From Pavona decussata (taxonomy: Eukaryota), in NCBI GenBank assembly GCA_977016875.1, contig CDRNST010000068.1:434001-498000 (forward strand): a DNA stretch of 64,000 bases, read 5' to 3'. The notes below the pieces were generated by a model. That model was not told the DNA's origin and did not search any database. It was given only the letters and a program-made list of their open reading frames with translations. The translations under genes were made by a program, and so were the position numbers. Positions 1-12,648 of this stretch are shown here, piece after piece; within the stretch, counting starts at the first letter, position 1; each line of letters opens with the position of its first letter.

Positions 1-378
1 TGCCGCTAGGACAGATCAGGTGTTGTTCCTTTAAAGAATTAAGCTAAGTTCTAGAGTTATTTTGTAAGTAAGTCAAGGTACTGTTACAACATTTTCACTA
101 AAAAGGCGGAAAGCCCCGTGACACTTCCCCTTTAACGAATAGAGCAACAGACACGTCACTTCACTGCTGTTTGTTAACAATGACATATTTTTTTTTAGTT
201 CCTTAAGCATGGTACAGATTCTGTCCCCTCCAGGGCGATATAGCAGTTCTCATAAGGCCTCACTCGATTGGCTTGCAACCCTTCTAAAAAACAATAGAAA
301 AAACAACAGAACTGCTTAGGCTATTACAAGGAATCTAGCTTGTAGATGGTTTTCGGCCTCTTCTTCAGGGTATGCACC

Positions 379-411
379 CTGAAGAAGAAAGGCCGTGCCT
401 TTCGAAATATT
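379..411 (+). ncRNA. candidate minimal hammerhead ribozyme motif in a Penelope-like repeat end
   Basis: CTGAAGA(A), then stem GAAAGGC-cgt-GCCTTTC, then GAAA-TATT. It is preceded by an inverted duplication (CTTCTTCAGGGT atgc ACCCTGAAGAAG, 360-387). Stem I is only ~2 bp. Confidence 0.35.
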
Positions 412-760
412 GGAAAATATACTTCCTTGACCGTGAAATCAGCCTTGCTCTTTTTCAGATTATTTAATTTAGCTTTCCCTATTTTTTTGAGTAAAATTAT
501 AACAGTTATTAATCGTTTTCAGGTCACGTGACTAAAACTTAAAAATGAAATAGGTTGGATCAATAAGGATATCGAAAACAAACTGTTTCCCAAGTTTTAA
601 GAAGACTGGACAACTGCTTCCCCTCCCAACAAAAAATGCAAATCATTAGGCAGCTCAAGCCTTACTATGATTGATGTGCTAATGTGTAAATAAGCCCATG
701 CGGCTGAACCTGCTAACTGGACTGATAACCTAAACCATTGGTTTCCCTTTTCGTCGACAG

Positions 761-1178
761 ATGGTTGACGTTCTCGGGGAGCTTTCTCAATGACCATCAG
801 TGGCATCATATTTGTATCACTTGGAACGGCTTCTCTGGTGTGACTCAGCTTTATGTGGACGGCGTCAGAGATGATGCTTCACAGGGTGGCCTAGCGAAGG
901 GCTCGATAACCGGAGGTGGGAAATTAAGCGTTCTTTCACAGGTCGCTTGGCCCGTTCATTTGACAGACCTAAACTTGTGGAAAACAGTCCTGTCCTCGGA
1001 AGAAATTCGTGAAGCCTCGAAAAGTTGTGTTAGCAAGCAAGGTAACTTGAAAAGGTGGCACGATTTTTGGCCTGTCTTCAGATATCGTACAAAGAACCAA
1101 GAAAAACCTTCCACGTGCAAGATTCCTGGTAAAGAAGAACAGGGGCCGAAAACCATCTACTTGCTAGATTCCTCATGA
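761..1178 (+). CDS. probable last coding exon of a pentraxin/LamG-like (concanavalin A-like fold) domain protein; upstream exons not identified
   Basis: Pyrimidine tract plus AG acceptor ending at 760. Translation has pentraxin-type motifs (DHQWHHICITW, LYVDG, ITGGGKL, LNLWKTVLSSEEI, GNLKRW). TGA at 1176-1178; AATAAA at ~1238. Confidence 0.7.
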
Positions 1179-1389
1179 AATATGTCAAAGGTATACCTCT
1201 TACATGATTTAATGGGAATCAATGAAAATGTTGAGACAATAAAATGCTCCTTAAATGCTGGAACTATGTCTTTTTTTTTTGTACATATTGAACTTTTTTA
1301 TATATTCCTATTTATGAAGCTATTTTCAGTTTTTAACGCCAATCCCTGCGACTACATGTATACGTCAATGCGATCACTTGTCTGACAAG

Positions 1390-2010
1390 GAAAGCACCGC
1401 ATTTAGACTACAGCTGCTGACGGACCTCAAAAGTGCTTAAAAAGAATAGCGGAGAAAAATCTGCTTTACCTGCTGAGAAAATTACACTACAGACAATACC
1501 TTATTATCTTCTCTAAAATGATAGGGGAGGAAACACAAATTAATCGGGTGGTAGGCAGCGCGGAGTAGCCGTAATCCGGGAGTACTCAGATAGGCCCAAA
1601 TTCAGAGTAACGAGCATTTCTAGACATATGCGTACGTTTAAAAAGATGGATGCAGTTTTCAGTTAAACAACATCAGCTCTAGCCTCTGCTCCATTTAAAT
1701 TTCGCGTGCCATATGCAAATAAAGACGTTTTTAAGTTTTCGTTCTTCCCAAAAACTATAACAGACTGGAACTGCCTCCCAGAGGCCATTGTTTCATGAAG
1801 CTCTTTAGAAATATTTAAACACAAGTTGTTAGCTTTTCTTAAGAATTAGTATGTAGTTTATATAGTTTTCTTTATTTGACTTTTATATCATTATTTTATA
1901 TATTGATATATCTGTATTTTATTCATTTGCTGATTTTATTTATTTTTACGATTGGTGTGATATCTGATCAGGATTTTACCGACCTAATAACATGTAAATG
2001 TAAATGTAAA
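1390..2010 (+). mobile_element. degenerate 3' end of a CR1/L2-like LINE
   Basis: Translates KDVFKFSFFPKTITDWNCLP at ~1721-1780, typical of a LINE ORF2 C-terminus. Ends in a short (ATGTAA)n tail at ~1992-2010. Boundaries approximate. Confidence 0.5.
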
Positions 2011-3637
2011 GACCAGGTTACTAGAAACACAATTGTGCAATGGAAGTTTCTTATTGTCAACCGTAAACGTCTTACAGGGCCGTAATATTATTCGTATTCT
2101 CAACACTGGAGAGAATAATGAAGTTCACAATCAAGTTTGCTTTTAAAATAGAAAGGAAGACAAAGTTATTCACCGGAATCACCAGCTTTATGATAACATG
2201 CTGGTAAGAGCTTGTAATGAGCTCTGCCATGCTGAGATGAGGGAATGCAAAGTTTCTCACCGTTTTATTTAACCGAGCGGCCAAACTACTCGTCCCTGGT
2301 TGGGCAAGAGGGCTATACAACGGGACCTAATTGGGCTAGCGAAAAAGTTGCTCTGATTGACTGGGCGGTCGAATTAAATTCCTCACCCCTGATTTACCCA
2401 GCGGCAGAATTCAGTATTCGCTCCTCATTCGATGGGAACGGTGGTTAACTAATCGCCTCAGTCTGGCAGGCTTAGCAGAAAAATTACGTACTCCAGATTA
2501 GTACAGACGGCAAACTACACAGATTCTCTTTGGAACAAAGATCGTGGAGGACGCGAGCTTCCCCAGCTTTTTGTCCGATAAATTAGAAATCAATTCTGCA
2601 TTGCCTTTATGCCTATTCAAGCCAATGTAAACCAAAATCCGAGTCTTCCAGCCGCGTCAACGCGAAGTACCGAACAAGAGACCTCTTGAACTGCCATAAG
2701 TATATAATAAATTGGAGCTAACAAGCAACTTTAACCCCTTATATCAGTACCGGGCGGGCACCAGATTCTGCTCCATGGACTGTGAGCTTTGCAGCGTTTC
2801 CTAAAATTTATCTGGGGAGAACTAGTGTAATCGTGACTTGACAACTCTTGAAATTCAATTTTTTCTCTTTTTCAAAGACAAAACTTTATTGCGGTAACTT
2901 CACTCAGTTTTTTCTGAATGGCCTTTGTCGGCTTCGTTTTCGTTTTGTTAAATTTTGCTAGTTCTCAGACATTTTTGAAAATTAACCAAGAAATCAGGGC
3001 GGATCCGGCCAAGATCATGGCTCCCATTTAGAAAACATACATGGTTCCCACGCCATAAGACCTCATGGTCTCAAAAAAAAAAAAAAAAGAAAAGAAAAAA
3101 GAAGAAGAAGAAAAAAAAAAAGATTGGGGCGTACTTTTTTAACGCTATGTTAAGCTTGGGTGGACATCCGCCCTCGAAGACCAAAAAGCCCGTTCTATAG
3201 ATAGGGTTAAGAAGAGGCTAAAGTTCTCAGTCATCATGACCGAAAACTTGTAATACTAGGCAAAGTACTAGATAGCACGTGGTAAATTGTTTTTAGCTTG
3301 ATGATAATAATAAGAACAATCCAACATCAAAAGGATCGTGATTAACAAAAAAACATTATGCGAGATAACTATGGCGAGACAACATTGCGATGTATTAACG
3401 AGACATTTTTTTTTACTGAAGTTGCACTGAGTGTATTTCAGCATCATTCATAACCAGTAAGTTGAAATCAGCAGACTGATTTCTTGCTGAGAAAACGTTA
3501 TTACTTTTCCAAGGAACCACAAACCACAGATATGATTAACAATTTGAGTTTACTGCTTATCTTGTCCCAGTTGTTCAAATAACCGATAACTCTATATTGA
3601 ATTTCATCACGGAACTACGTCTTCTTTAAACTCAAGT

Positions 3638-4623
3638 TGACGTGATAAAGGCCTCAGTGCGGCCTCAGTCACACCAACATATGAAGAGAGATAGCTGAAG
3701 TTTCCAGTGAAATACACTGTCAAAGACCATTAACTCTATATAGTTTTCGGTAATTTTCTTTTAAATTGTCCATAGCCTCTAGTTGAATGACAAAAGCTCA
3801 AACTGTTTTTGCACAATTTGTGCCTGGAACTGTTTCAGCGACGTACTGTTGATGAGTTGAAAGTTTCAACGTGACCGAAACCGTAGTTTATTGAAATGTG
3901 CATAACTGATACACCTTCAAAGAGTTCCTCCAATAACACTGACGTAAGTATTTTCCACGACAGGAAAGGCGAATTAACTGTGTGAATATTTGTATCCCAT
4001 TTATTATTAAAATGACAGCATACTTGCTTTGTTCCTTCACACGTCGCCTCTCAGTTCACAGGTTCATCTAATTGAAGCCCGCGGACACCATGACGTCACC
4101 GACCATAACGTTTGAACGTTTTAACCCCGATTTTTAATAAAATTTTGACAATTCACAGGAAAAAACTCAGCCTTGCAGTTGGTATAAAATGACGCCGTTA
4201 AGTAAATATAGAAACCAATCAGCCTCAGGGCTAAAGAATGATTGCTCTGTCAGATTAAATGTCAAATATGTTCGTGTTTATGTTATCAGAGGCCAATAGC
4301 CCAATCAGTTTGGAGTATTGTTATTAATTAAACTTGTAGCATCTCATTCGAGGCAGTAAGCATCCCTATCCAGGCTTTAGGCTCTAAAACGAATTATATT
4401 TTTGACTTTATCCTTTACCGTTGACTGAGGTAAACTTTTTACGCGATTCAGCTTGAGCAGGAAAAGCGAATATCTGTGGATAAATAGTAAAGTGTATAAT
4501 ATTGTTGTATCTGAATTGACACGCAGGAATGGCGATGGATCACTAACACGCAATTCTTGTGAAGATCAAAGAGGTGATTGACGTAAATCCAAAGAGTATT
4601 GTTTATTGAACAATAAATAAAAG
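3638..4623 (+). promoter_or_regulatory. putative promoter of array copy 1 with clustered CRE-like sites
   Basis: TGACGT cores at 3638, 3940 (TGACGTAA), 4091 (TGACGTCA) and 4579 (TGACGTAA). CCAAT at ~4215 and ~4301. TATA-like ATAAATAAAAG ~100 nt upstream of ATG 4719. Confidence 0.35.
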
Positions 4624-4718
4624 ACTGTAGTTATGAGTGTTATGAAAAGTGTGTCGACAAATACGCCACTCTGTTCTACACTTACCAGCTTCAACCTAAA
4701 CGACTATAAAACGTCACT

Positions 4719-5189
4719 ATGAAAAATCAACATCATCGATCCGATAAGAGGAATAGCTTCTCTTCCACACGAGGAAGAAACTATGATAAAGAAATGGATC
4801 ACGCATTTACACTCATCTTTCACAACATCAAGAGGCTACAAGACGGACATTTGTCTAACAGCACACCTAATCTGGAGCAAGCTGACAATGCATCGGGTAT
4901 AAGGCCTACTGTGACATTACAGGTGCCCTTGAAGAGAGAACTTAGCCTTTCAGATCCGTCTTTAAAACTTTCACAAGGCGACACGACAGGAGAAACTGAC
5001 GCTTTCGACTTGACTCGCTACAAATCACGTTCTTTCAGCGGTACAATTATTGGTACGGCAACACAAAGAAGAAGAGTGCGGTTTTCTGATGACTATTCTG
5101 AAGAAAAGCTTCGAAGGCCGCCCTTAACAAGACGGAGTTGTTCCGATCTGCTACCTAGGCCTAGAATTGTCTTGACAAAGGAAGACTGA
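4719..5189 (+). CDS. array copy 1 (subfamily A): 156-aa helix + RVxF protein, putative PP1-interacting
   Basis: Intact ORF with YDKEMDHAFTLIFHNIKRLQD and RRRVRFSDDY; paralogous to eight other ORFs in the window. Confidence 0.85.
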   Translation: MKNQHHRSDKRNSFSSTRGRNYDKEMDHAFTLIFHNIKRLQDGHLSNSTPNLEQADNASGIRPTVTLQVPLKRELSLSDPSLKLSQGDTTGETDAFDLTRYKSRSFSGTIIGTATQRRRVRFSDDYSEEKLRRPPLTRRSCSDLLPRPRIVLTKED

Positions 5190-7560
5190 CATTTGCTTTT
5201 TTCTTGTTTTCAAGGGAAGAAATTATTCAACGAAATGCCAAATCCTCTTAAACAATTGACAATTTGAATTCGTAATTAACAATACTGATTCTAGCTAGCA
5301 CAGAAAACTTATAAACAGGTATTAAATTAGCTTACCGTAAAATGATAGTTTCGTAAAACCGAAAAAGTAACTGATTAAGAAAAATAGTTGTAGATGAAAA
5401 TATCTATACAGGTTTAACGTTTTGTATCGTAGTCTTTGCTCATGAGATTGCGCAAAAAACTGTTTTGGTGTCCTCTCTAAGCCGCCTTTTGTTTCTTTTG
5501 TTTTGGATCCGAAGTGTTCCCTGAAGGAGTTAATGAATTAATTGAGAATTGCACAAGAACGGCTAATTTCGCCCCCCTTCGAGGTCTTCAGAATGAATCA
5601 CGCTGTTGCCCACACTTGTCAAGAAATCCTCAGCCTTAAAAATGTTCAAGTTTATCTCAGTTGGAAGGACATAATTAAGAGTTTATCGTAGCGGCACATT
5701 TTTCAAAAGTGAATAAAATTACACGTTGTTTATACACAATAAGTTTCACTGAACCATTAAGGGCTAAGTTAGTCGAAAAATCCCTAGCAGAACCTACAAT
5801 TATGTTCAAGTCAGTGTTAGAGGAGTTAGAGGCTTTCATGCATGTGTTAAAGAGCGTTTGAGAACTCAGTTTACGTTTTGATAACTGGTGCATTACATAA
5901 TGTTTATATTTTAAGTTTAGTGTATCTCATAATGAATTTGTAATTAGCTGGTTTTAATTTTTAAATTAGCTGTAAAACGGTATTGGGCAATTTGGAAATA
6001 GCGTTAAATAAATGTTATTATTATTATTGTTATTATTAAATAAATCGTTTGAGAGCTATTCAAACAGTGGCTTAATAGATTTCTTTCCCGATCAAATGCA
6101 AGCATCTGAAGCGAGGAGCTCAACTGATTTCAAAACCTTTTATCCTTTCTGCCTAATCATGCATTTGCTGCATTTGCTACAGTATTAAAATTGTCAAATG
6201 TTCCCTAAGACATAAAGCAAAACTAATGCCTGAAAGTGCCAAGAACTTTTATGACGTTTCAAAATGAAGGATAGTTTTTCTCTTTTTTGTCATAGCTTTT
6301 CTCGTTTCAGAGATTCATGTTTTTATCTTAAACGAATTAGTTGATTGATGACGTCATAAGTGGATCTCCGAAAATACAAATCACAGAATCAACAATAACT
6401 CTAGAAAAATTAGTTTGATGTAACAGTAACTTCGCACTAGTAATGTGCTTTGAGAAAGATACGCAATGATGAATTCTACATTCTGACAAAATTACAGATT
6501 GCAAGTTGCATGCTTTCGGATCTCTTTCATATGCGAGTGGCATTCCCTTCCTTTGGTCTTTGCAAACAGTCAAACATTGAGCATAATATGGATTTTGCGT
6601 GTGTTTTGAACAAGACTGCCTTTGTCCTCATAATGTTAAAAATAGCAACATACTTGGCTCAAATCAGTAAGAGACTGGAACCAAGAGTGTTACCAAAGCA
6701 ACATCACAATATACATTGTCTGGTGACTTTGATAAGGTACAACTTTGGTGCCAAGTTTCCAACACTATCGGCCTATTCTGTGATTTATCTTCTTGCTCTG
6801 ACCACTTGTGACGCCATCAGATAGGAATTTTCTAATAATATTGAATAACTCTGCAGCCAGAGACAAAAAAGGAAAACAAATTCGTTCCTCTTTCTAGAAG
6901 GCCATTCAAAAAAGTGGCTTAATTCCTTGTATAAACTGGGTAGACGAGATTCAGGACCTTTCATTGTTGTTTTGCTTCACGCCTGTCTTTGAATTAACCC
7001 TTAGAAAAGATTAAAACAACTTTTCCGCTGACGTTTTTCATATTCTTAATTGATCGTTCAACGCCGGAGATTTATAAATTCTTCTCAGTGAATTAGAACC
7101 GATTCTGCCGACTTTGCTTCGTTTACTTTTTCCTCATAAGATCTTAAGTAAATTAAACGCTGGTAATGAGGAGACTGTTCTGCAAAATTTCAAACATCTT
7201 GACTAAATGTCAATTAAAATCCTCTGAATGGCATGCCGTTTGTTCAAGTCTCTTCGTACGATTTTGAACATCCAAGCGACATACAGTCTCATACACATAC
7301 ACGCACACACACATTTTGCGTCAAGAGTCTCTTTGTACTCGCCGCTTGCTCACTTCAGATAACATAGTTGCATTCTCGACCGAGAGCTCTTCGGTCTACT
7401 GCGCATGTCAATCAACTCAGAGAATGAAATTCCGCGTCGATCGTCGCGTACTTTGTAGTCTCATGACGACTTATCAAATTTAAATTTTTGCCCTTTTGAC
7501 ATATTCTAGAGAAAACAACTCAAAACACGCAAGGCAATCGTTACTTGACTGAAAGACATA

Positions 7561-8060
7561 CACTCTGTTTTTTTTTTTTTGTAAGAACCTTTTTTATAAG
7601 AACGTCAACGCTCAGATTAACCAAAATTTTAAGAACGTATTTAGAACATTCCTCAGGCTGAGAGTCGATTAAGAACGTTTTTTATTTTGCTAATCTGTAT
7701 ATAAAATCAAGACAACAAATGGAAATTAACCAAAATACTTCATAAGGGCATGTTTCGTATAACATTTATTTAACAATGGTGACACACATCTCGGATTGTC
7801 ATAATCAGCAGCTCTTGATACCATATCTCAGCAGGAAATGCACTTTGATAGGTTTCCTAGTCACGTCCGCATTGATTTACTGAAATAGTGTATACCATGT
7901 TATTTAAGAACATAGTAAGAACGTTTTTAGCCTCAAATCGCAAAAAAATATTAGAACGTTCAGCCTCATCTCTAAAATTAGACGTTCTTATTAAAAAAAA
8001 AACAAACAAAAAAAAAAAAACTAAAAACAAAAAACAAACAAACAAAAAAAACCCAGAGTG
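7561..8060. mobile_element. MITE-like element with CACTCTG + poly-T / poly-A + CAGAGTG ends
   Basis: Terminal CACTCTG(T)n ... (A)nCCCAGAGTG, subterminal ATAAGAACGTC / GACGTTCTTAT, and repeated AGAACG motifs inside. No clean TSD. Confidence 0.5.
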
Positions 8061-9405
8061 TTTCAGTTCTAGAACGCTGCAAATATACAGAGTACTGTTG
8101 GCAACAGTGTAAAGGCTTATGAAGTTCAACATTTCGAAATTTTAAAAACTAGTAAAATAAGGTGTATCGTTCTGTACTAATCTGGCCTTCAAGAGAACAC
8201 AGTACGTAGAACACAAGCCTTTATTTCCTGTACAGGATATCTTCATACAGTGTGCGGGTTTCGGAACCATTTTAATCTAACTTGATAGAATTGATGCCAG
8301 TCCAGTCGAGCCCAAAATTTTAAGATAAAGATTTACGGGAAATTCGTCTCCCGAGATAGCAAAGGGATTTCATCAAGAGCTCACAAAGAGTCGAGTAGGC
8401 CCTTCAGATCAATCCCCAGTTTATCAAAGACTGAATAATCTTATTGAGTGGAAAAATAGCAATTAAACTGATAAAATGAGTTAGTTGGATCGAGAATATT
8501 TCGTTCTCGCTCTGAGTAGCGATCGATCTACTTTCGAGAGTATCACATCAGTGCCTATAATAATAAGGAAGTTAAATGATGGTGCTCAGGAAAAAACTAG
8601 TAGGAGGTAGGCAGGAGTCGCCCTCGGTATACAGGCGGCCCACGGCTCACCATCGCACCTTAACCGGATTCAATTATTTTGCAGCCAAAACAATGTGGGA
8701 GCAGTAAGCTCCTATGGTAAGTCAGTGTAAAGACCTCCGATACAGCTCGCTGGTACTCATTCATACACCTGCGTAGAGCCGGAGACAATAATGGTGAGCA
8801 AAGGTTCTTACCTAACAAAACAACAAGGCTAAAGTCTTTGTTCCAACCACCGATCTTTCAGATATAAAGTTCGATCTGCGCTATACACCATAGAACATTA
8901 CACTTCGCGTAAAACTGAACGTGGTTCTAGATGCATCGAAGGCGAACCACCTGCAAGTGAAGCGTACATGTATGTACCTAGCACCTGCATGTATGTACGT
9001 GCTAGCCGGGGGTCAATTTAGCGGACGCCCAATGGCGGGCAAAATGTTCGTCTAAATCAGGCTGTTTCTCCCAATTTGCTGTTATTTCCCTCTACTTCAC
9101 ACAACATAGCCTACAAACATTACCGTGGACGTAAATTTTAGAGAAAAAAGACCAGCTTATTTCTCTCTTGACAGTTTCATAATTTGACCCGTGATCAGTT
9201 TATTTTATTTGCGGTTTGACCTCGAATCTGATTGGCGGAGAGGCAAATTGATATCGCTATCACAAATAATCGAAGACATTTATATGGTTCCCTGAGTTTA
9301 TTTGTTATGCAAACAAACACACGTCCTCAGTTGCAACATTCTATCGGTGAAAGGCATCGAACACGCACTCAAACTTTGAAGAACAGTGTTGTACATGTAG
9401 TCGTA

Positions 9406-10005
9406 ATGAGAGACCACAGGGGAACACAAGACATGAATAACAGCTCCTCCAGAAGGCATTCAAGCAAATACGAAAAAGAAATGGACCACGCATTTACTCT
9501 TATTTTCCACAACATTAAACGGCTTCAAGACGGCGTTTTGAGCAACAGCGACCCCAGTTTGGCCAGGAGGTACAGCAATGACGAGCTGGAGAGAAAGTCT
9601 GATATGACACATAAACTGCCTGTAAGGAAACGGAGCAGATCAGAAGACTTTTTAGCACGCCCTTTTGAAAGATTAAAACGCGAAGACGCTTCGGGCCGCT
9701 CTCTCATCCAGCGTAGCAGCTCTGGGTATGAATTTCATAAGTCGGCATCTCAGGAAAGAAAAGTCAGATTTGTTGATGATTATGCACCAAGCGCTCGACG
9801 ATCACCTCAGATATCGCCCTTAGCCGTGAATGAAAGCTTCTTTCACCACAACGATTCACATTACGAACGCCCAAGGAGCGCAAGTCAGAGCCATCGACTC
9901 GAAGAAAAGAAATCAAACATTTCAAATGAAGGAAAAATATGCGAGCCCGAGAACCCAACAGTCGAAAAAAACGAAGCAGAATTATTCAATGGCACTGAAG
10001 TTTAA
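9406..10005 (+). CDS. array copy 2 (subfamily A): 199-aa helix + RVxF protein
   Basis: YEKEMDHAFTLIFHNIKRLQD, RKRSRS and RKVRFVDDY. ATG 9406 chosen because it puts the conserved Tyr at residue 22, as in copy 1; an upstream in-frame ATG exists at 9307. Confidence 0.85.
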   Translation: MRDHRGTQDMNNSSSRRHSSKYEKEMDHAFTLIFHNIKRLQDGVLSNSDPSLARRYSNDELERKSDMTHKLPVRKRSRSEDFLARPFERLKREDASGRSLIQRSSSGYEFHKSASQERKVRFVDDYAPSARRSPQISPLAVNESFFHHNDSHYERPRSASQSHRLEEKKSNISNEGKICEPENPTVEKNEAELFNGTEV

Positions 10006-11265
10006 ATTGTCCTCCTGCAACTGACACTGGTTTTACACCACGCGATAGCATTTAAGTCCTTGAAAATTTCGAAAGCTTTAGATTTGTTTGTCACAAAGGA
10101 CGGATTATGTGGTATTGCAGAGTGCTGGACAGACACGTACATTATTGGCGCAAGAGACAGTTAACACTGAGTAAACGAGGTAATCGTCTGGACGCATTAT
10201 TCGTGTTATTGTACAACTCATATGTAATAAAGTGATATTTACAATCAATAAAACTTCGAATATCTTGTTGAGTTGTTGATATTATGCTTCAAAAATCAAA
10301 ACATCCTTTTGTTCAATTGACAATTGTTTTACCGGTTTAACGCTTCTTCGAGTCACCGTGATAAATTTAAGTTTTAGCAGTTTTCACTCAGTGCTAATAA
10401 TGAACACTTGGAAGCACGTTTAGAAATTTTCATTCACTATAAGGTGTAGTTTCTAACCTTTTCAGTTCTTCAATGTTCGGCGTCTTTATCTTTGATATTT
10501 GACAAAAAGCTTATTAGCTTTTATTTTTAGCAACGTATCTGATTAATTTGTCAAAGTTGAAACCTCACCTCAGATGGATACTTAAAATACCTCTTACGTA
10601 AAACAAAAGTAAACATCCAGAATGACTGAATCAACAAAAGCTGAAAGATCCGGATTATCAAAAAAGTTTAATCTCTTCCAACCTATCAACAACAGACGCA
10701 GACTCAGTGATATAATTATAACATGTTACTCCAAATGAAGCGACCTTTGTCAGGCAATTATTTCTCAACAATGATTAACTCGATCTGCTAGGTTTTTACT
10801 GAGGCTTCTTGATGAAGACGATTTGAGTAGAGGCACGAGCATGGAAATTTGAGCGAATTTCCCTTACTAATTTCATTTATAATAATATTATAGTAGCCAC
10901 AATAATGAACAGCTTTATTCGTGAACGCGTGCAACATAAAGCAGTTTCTCATCCAGCTTTTAGATTACCTAAGCTACCTTCAATTGTTTTAGTAAAATCT
11001 GATACGAATAATAATAAAAAAAATCAATCTTGTTTTTGACAACCCATCTTCCAGAATTTACCGATCATCTTCAAAGTTGACTGAAGTCGATCATTGCCTA
11101 ACAATTCTCCAACATTTTCTAAAGATTGAAAAATGTTGTCTAACATGGAATTCTTCAAAGGAAATTTCAGGCCGACTTACATGAAGTTCGAATAATTGAC
11201 AAAAGTTCAAAACCAACGATGGTTGTTAAAGATATTTTACTGCAATTTCTTACTGTGTTCCTCAG

Positions 11266-12452
11266 CAGGGCCGTAGCCAGAAAAAAATAAGGACTGAGGC
11301 AATATCCATGGTTTAATTCCCGGCCTAGCAATTTAGGGTCTTTATGATGATTAGCTTTAAACAAACACTGGGATCAAACCTTATTTGACAAAAATTCCGC
11401 TAAGAGCCCTTAAGGCCGTCTAGATCTAGAGATCGAGATGAATTTTTTTGTGGGGGGGGGGGGGGGGGGGGAGGGGGAAGGGGGCTATTTAAATGCCTCT
11501 TTAGGGGCTCTGTGTTCTTGTATGCGGCTGTTTAATGTGTTTGTTGGCAGTTTGTTTCTATAGGAAGGCCTTAAATAACAACGACCTAAACCAGGTTTGC
11601 TTGATCAGAGGTTTCGTGAAAAGAAGGGTTTATGGTCAGGGGGGGGGGGGGGGGGGTGCTCAGTCTCGCAGGCTCATAAAACTTGGTCTCGGCCGTTCTC
11701 ATTTGAGGATTTTCATTTCTAAATGGCAACGAAGTGAGCTGTTAAATGCCAGCGCGATTTGCCTCTGCCCACTAGCATGCCACCGCTGTAGAGGCTCAAG
11801 CGGGTCCACAGGGATTTCGCTGTGGACATAGGCTAAATGCAAGGCATTTCAGCCTGTTAGAGCCCATCGATGAACGGCACCAGGTCCTCAACCTGTGGAG
11901 AGCGCTTAACGTGCGCTCGCACGAACAGCTTCCTGTACTTAGTGGCGCTGCCGCCTGCCCGGTTTTTGCCTCTACAACGTCTTTCCGACCATCTCCGGTG
12001 GCTTTTTCACTGACACCACCATCTCTACTAGATGGAATGAAAGACAAAGTTGCTTCGCTGAATACTAGTAATGCCAAAACAAGGTTAAATTTTGGTTCGA
12101 TTATTGAGAAGAACTGAAAGCATGTTATGAGAGCAACTACTTTCCGCTTTTTTTGAAAAAAGCTGTTGATAGAACGCTGCATTTTGATAGATTTTTCTCA
12201 CTCAGAACAGAGAAGACACATGAAAACACATGAAAACAAGACAGGTTTCTTTGGGAAGCCGCTGCCTGGTTGGCATGAATTTTTGCTTAATTTTTCTCAC
12301 CTGTAATTCAGGGCACTGCCTGATTCGCGTTATCATTCAACATAATATCATGTTACGTTAACATTTTTTTTTTACTTATTTAACTGTTTGTGAATTTGTC
12401 AACAATGACTGAGGCAAGTGCCTCGGTTTGCCTCATACTGGCTACGGCCCTG
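11266..12452. mobile_element. non-autonomous hAT-type DNA transposon with 5-bp TSD (hAT5-like)
   Basis: 15-bp TIR CAGGGCCGTAGCCAG / CTGGCTACGGCCCTG; direct repeat CTCAG at 11261-11265 and 12453-12457. Confidence 0.75.
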
Positions 12453-12564
12453 CTCAGTTGATGTTCCCTTCAAGTCAAGTCCTCGGGACGGAAACAAACT
12501 GAGAAACAAGTTTCGGCCTCGGTAAATGATATAATTTTTATGCGATTACAAACATTAACAACAA

Positions 12565-12565
<1 letters not shown>

Positions 12566-12641
<76 letters not shown>

Positions 12642-12648
12642 TATTATT
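12566..12648. repeat. (TTA)n microsatellite
   Basis: Directly visible; it explains the poly-Leu ORF 12540..12761. Confidence 0.95.

Noticed and set aside
4782-4802. eIF4E-binding YxxxxL-phi motif at the conserved Tyr
   Set aside because: Position 6 is polar (D/K/N/Q/E) rather than Leu in every copy.
9232-9405. N-terminal extensions given by the ORF track for copies 2, 6, 7, 9 and 10
   Set aside because: They start at TTG/GTG codons and are not conserved between paralogues; downstream ATGs align across copies.
9525-9958. Antisense or alternate-frame ORFs overlapping array genes (also 18554-18888, 45040-45387, 49906-50127)
   Set aside because: Shadow ORFs that are not conserved among paralogues.
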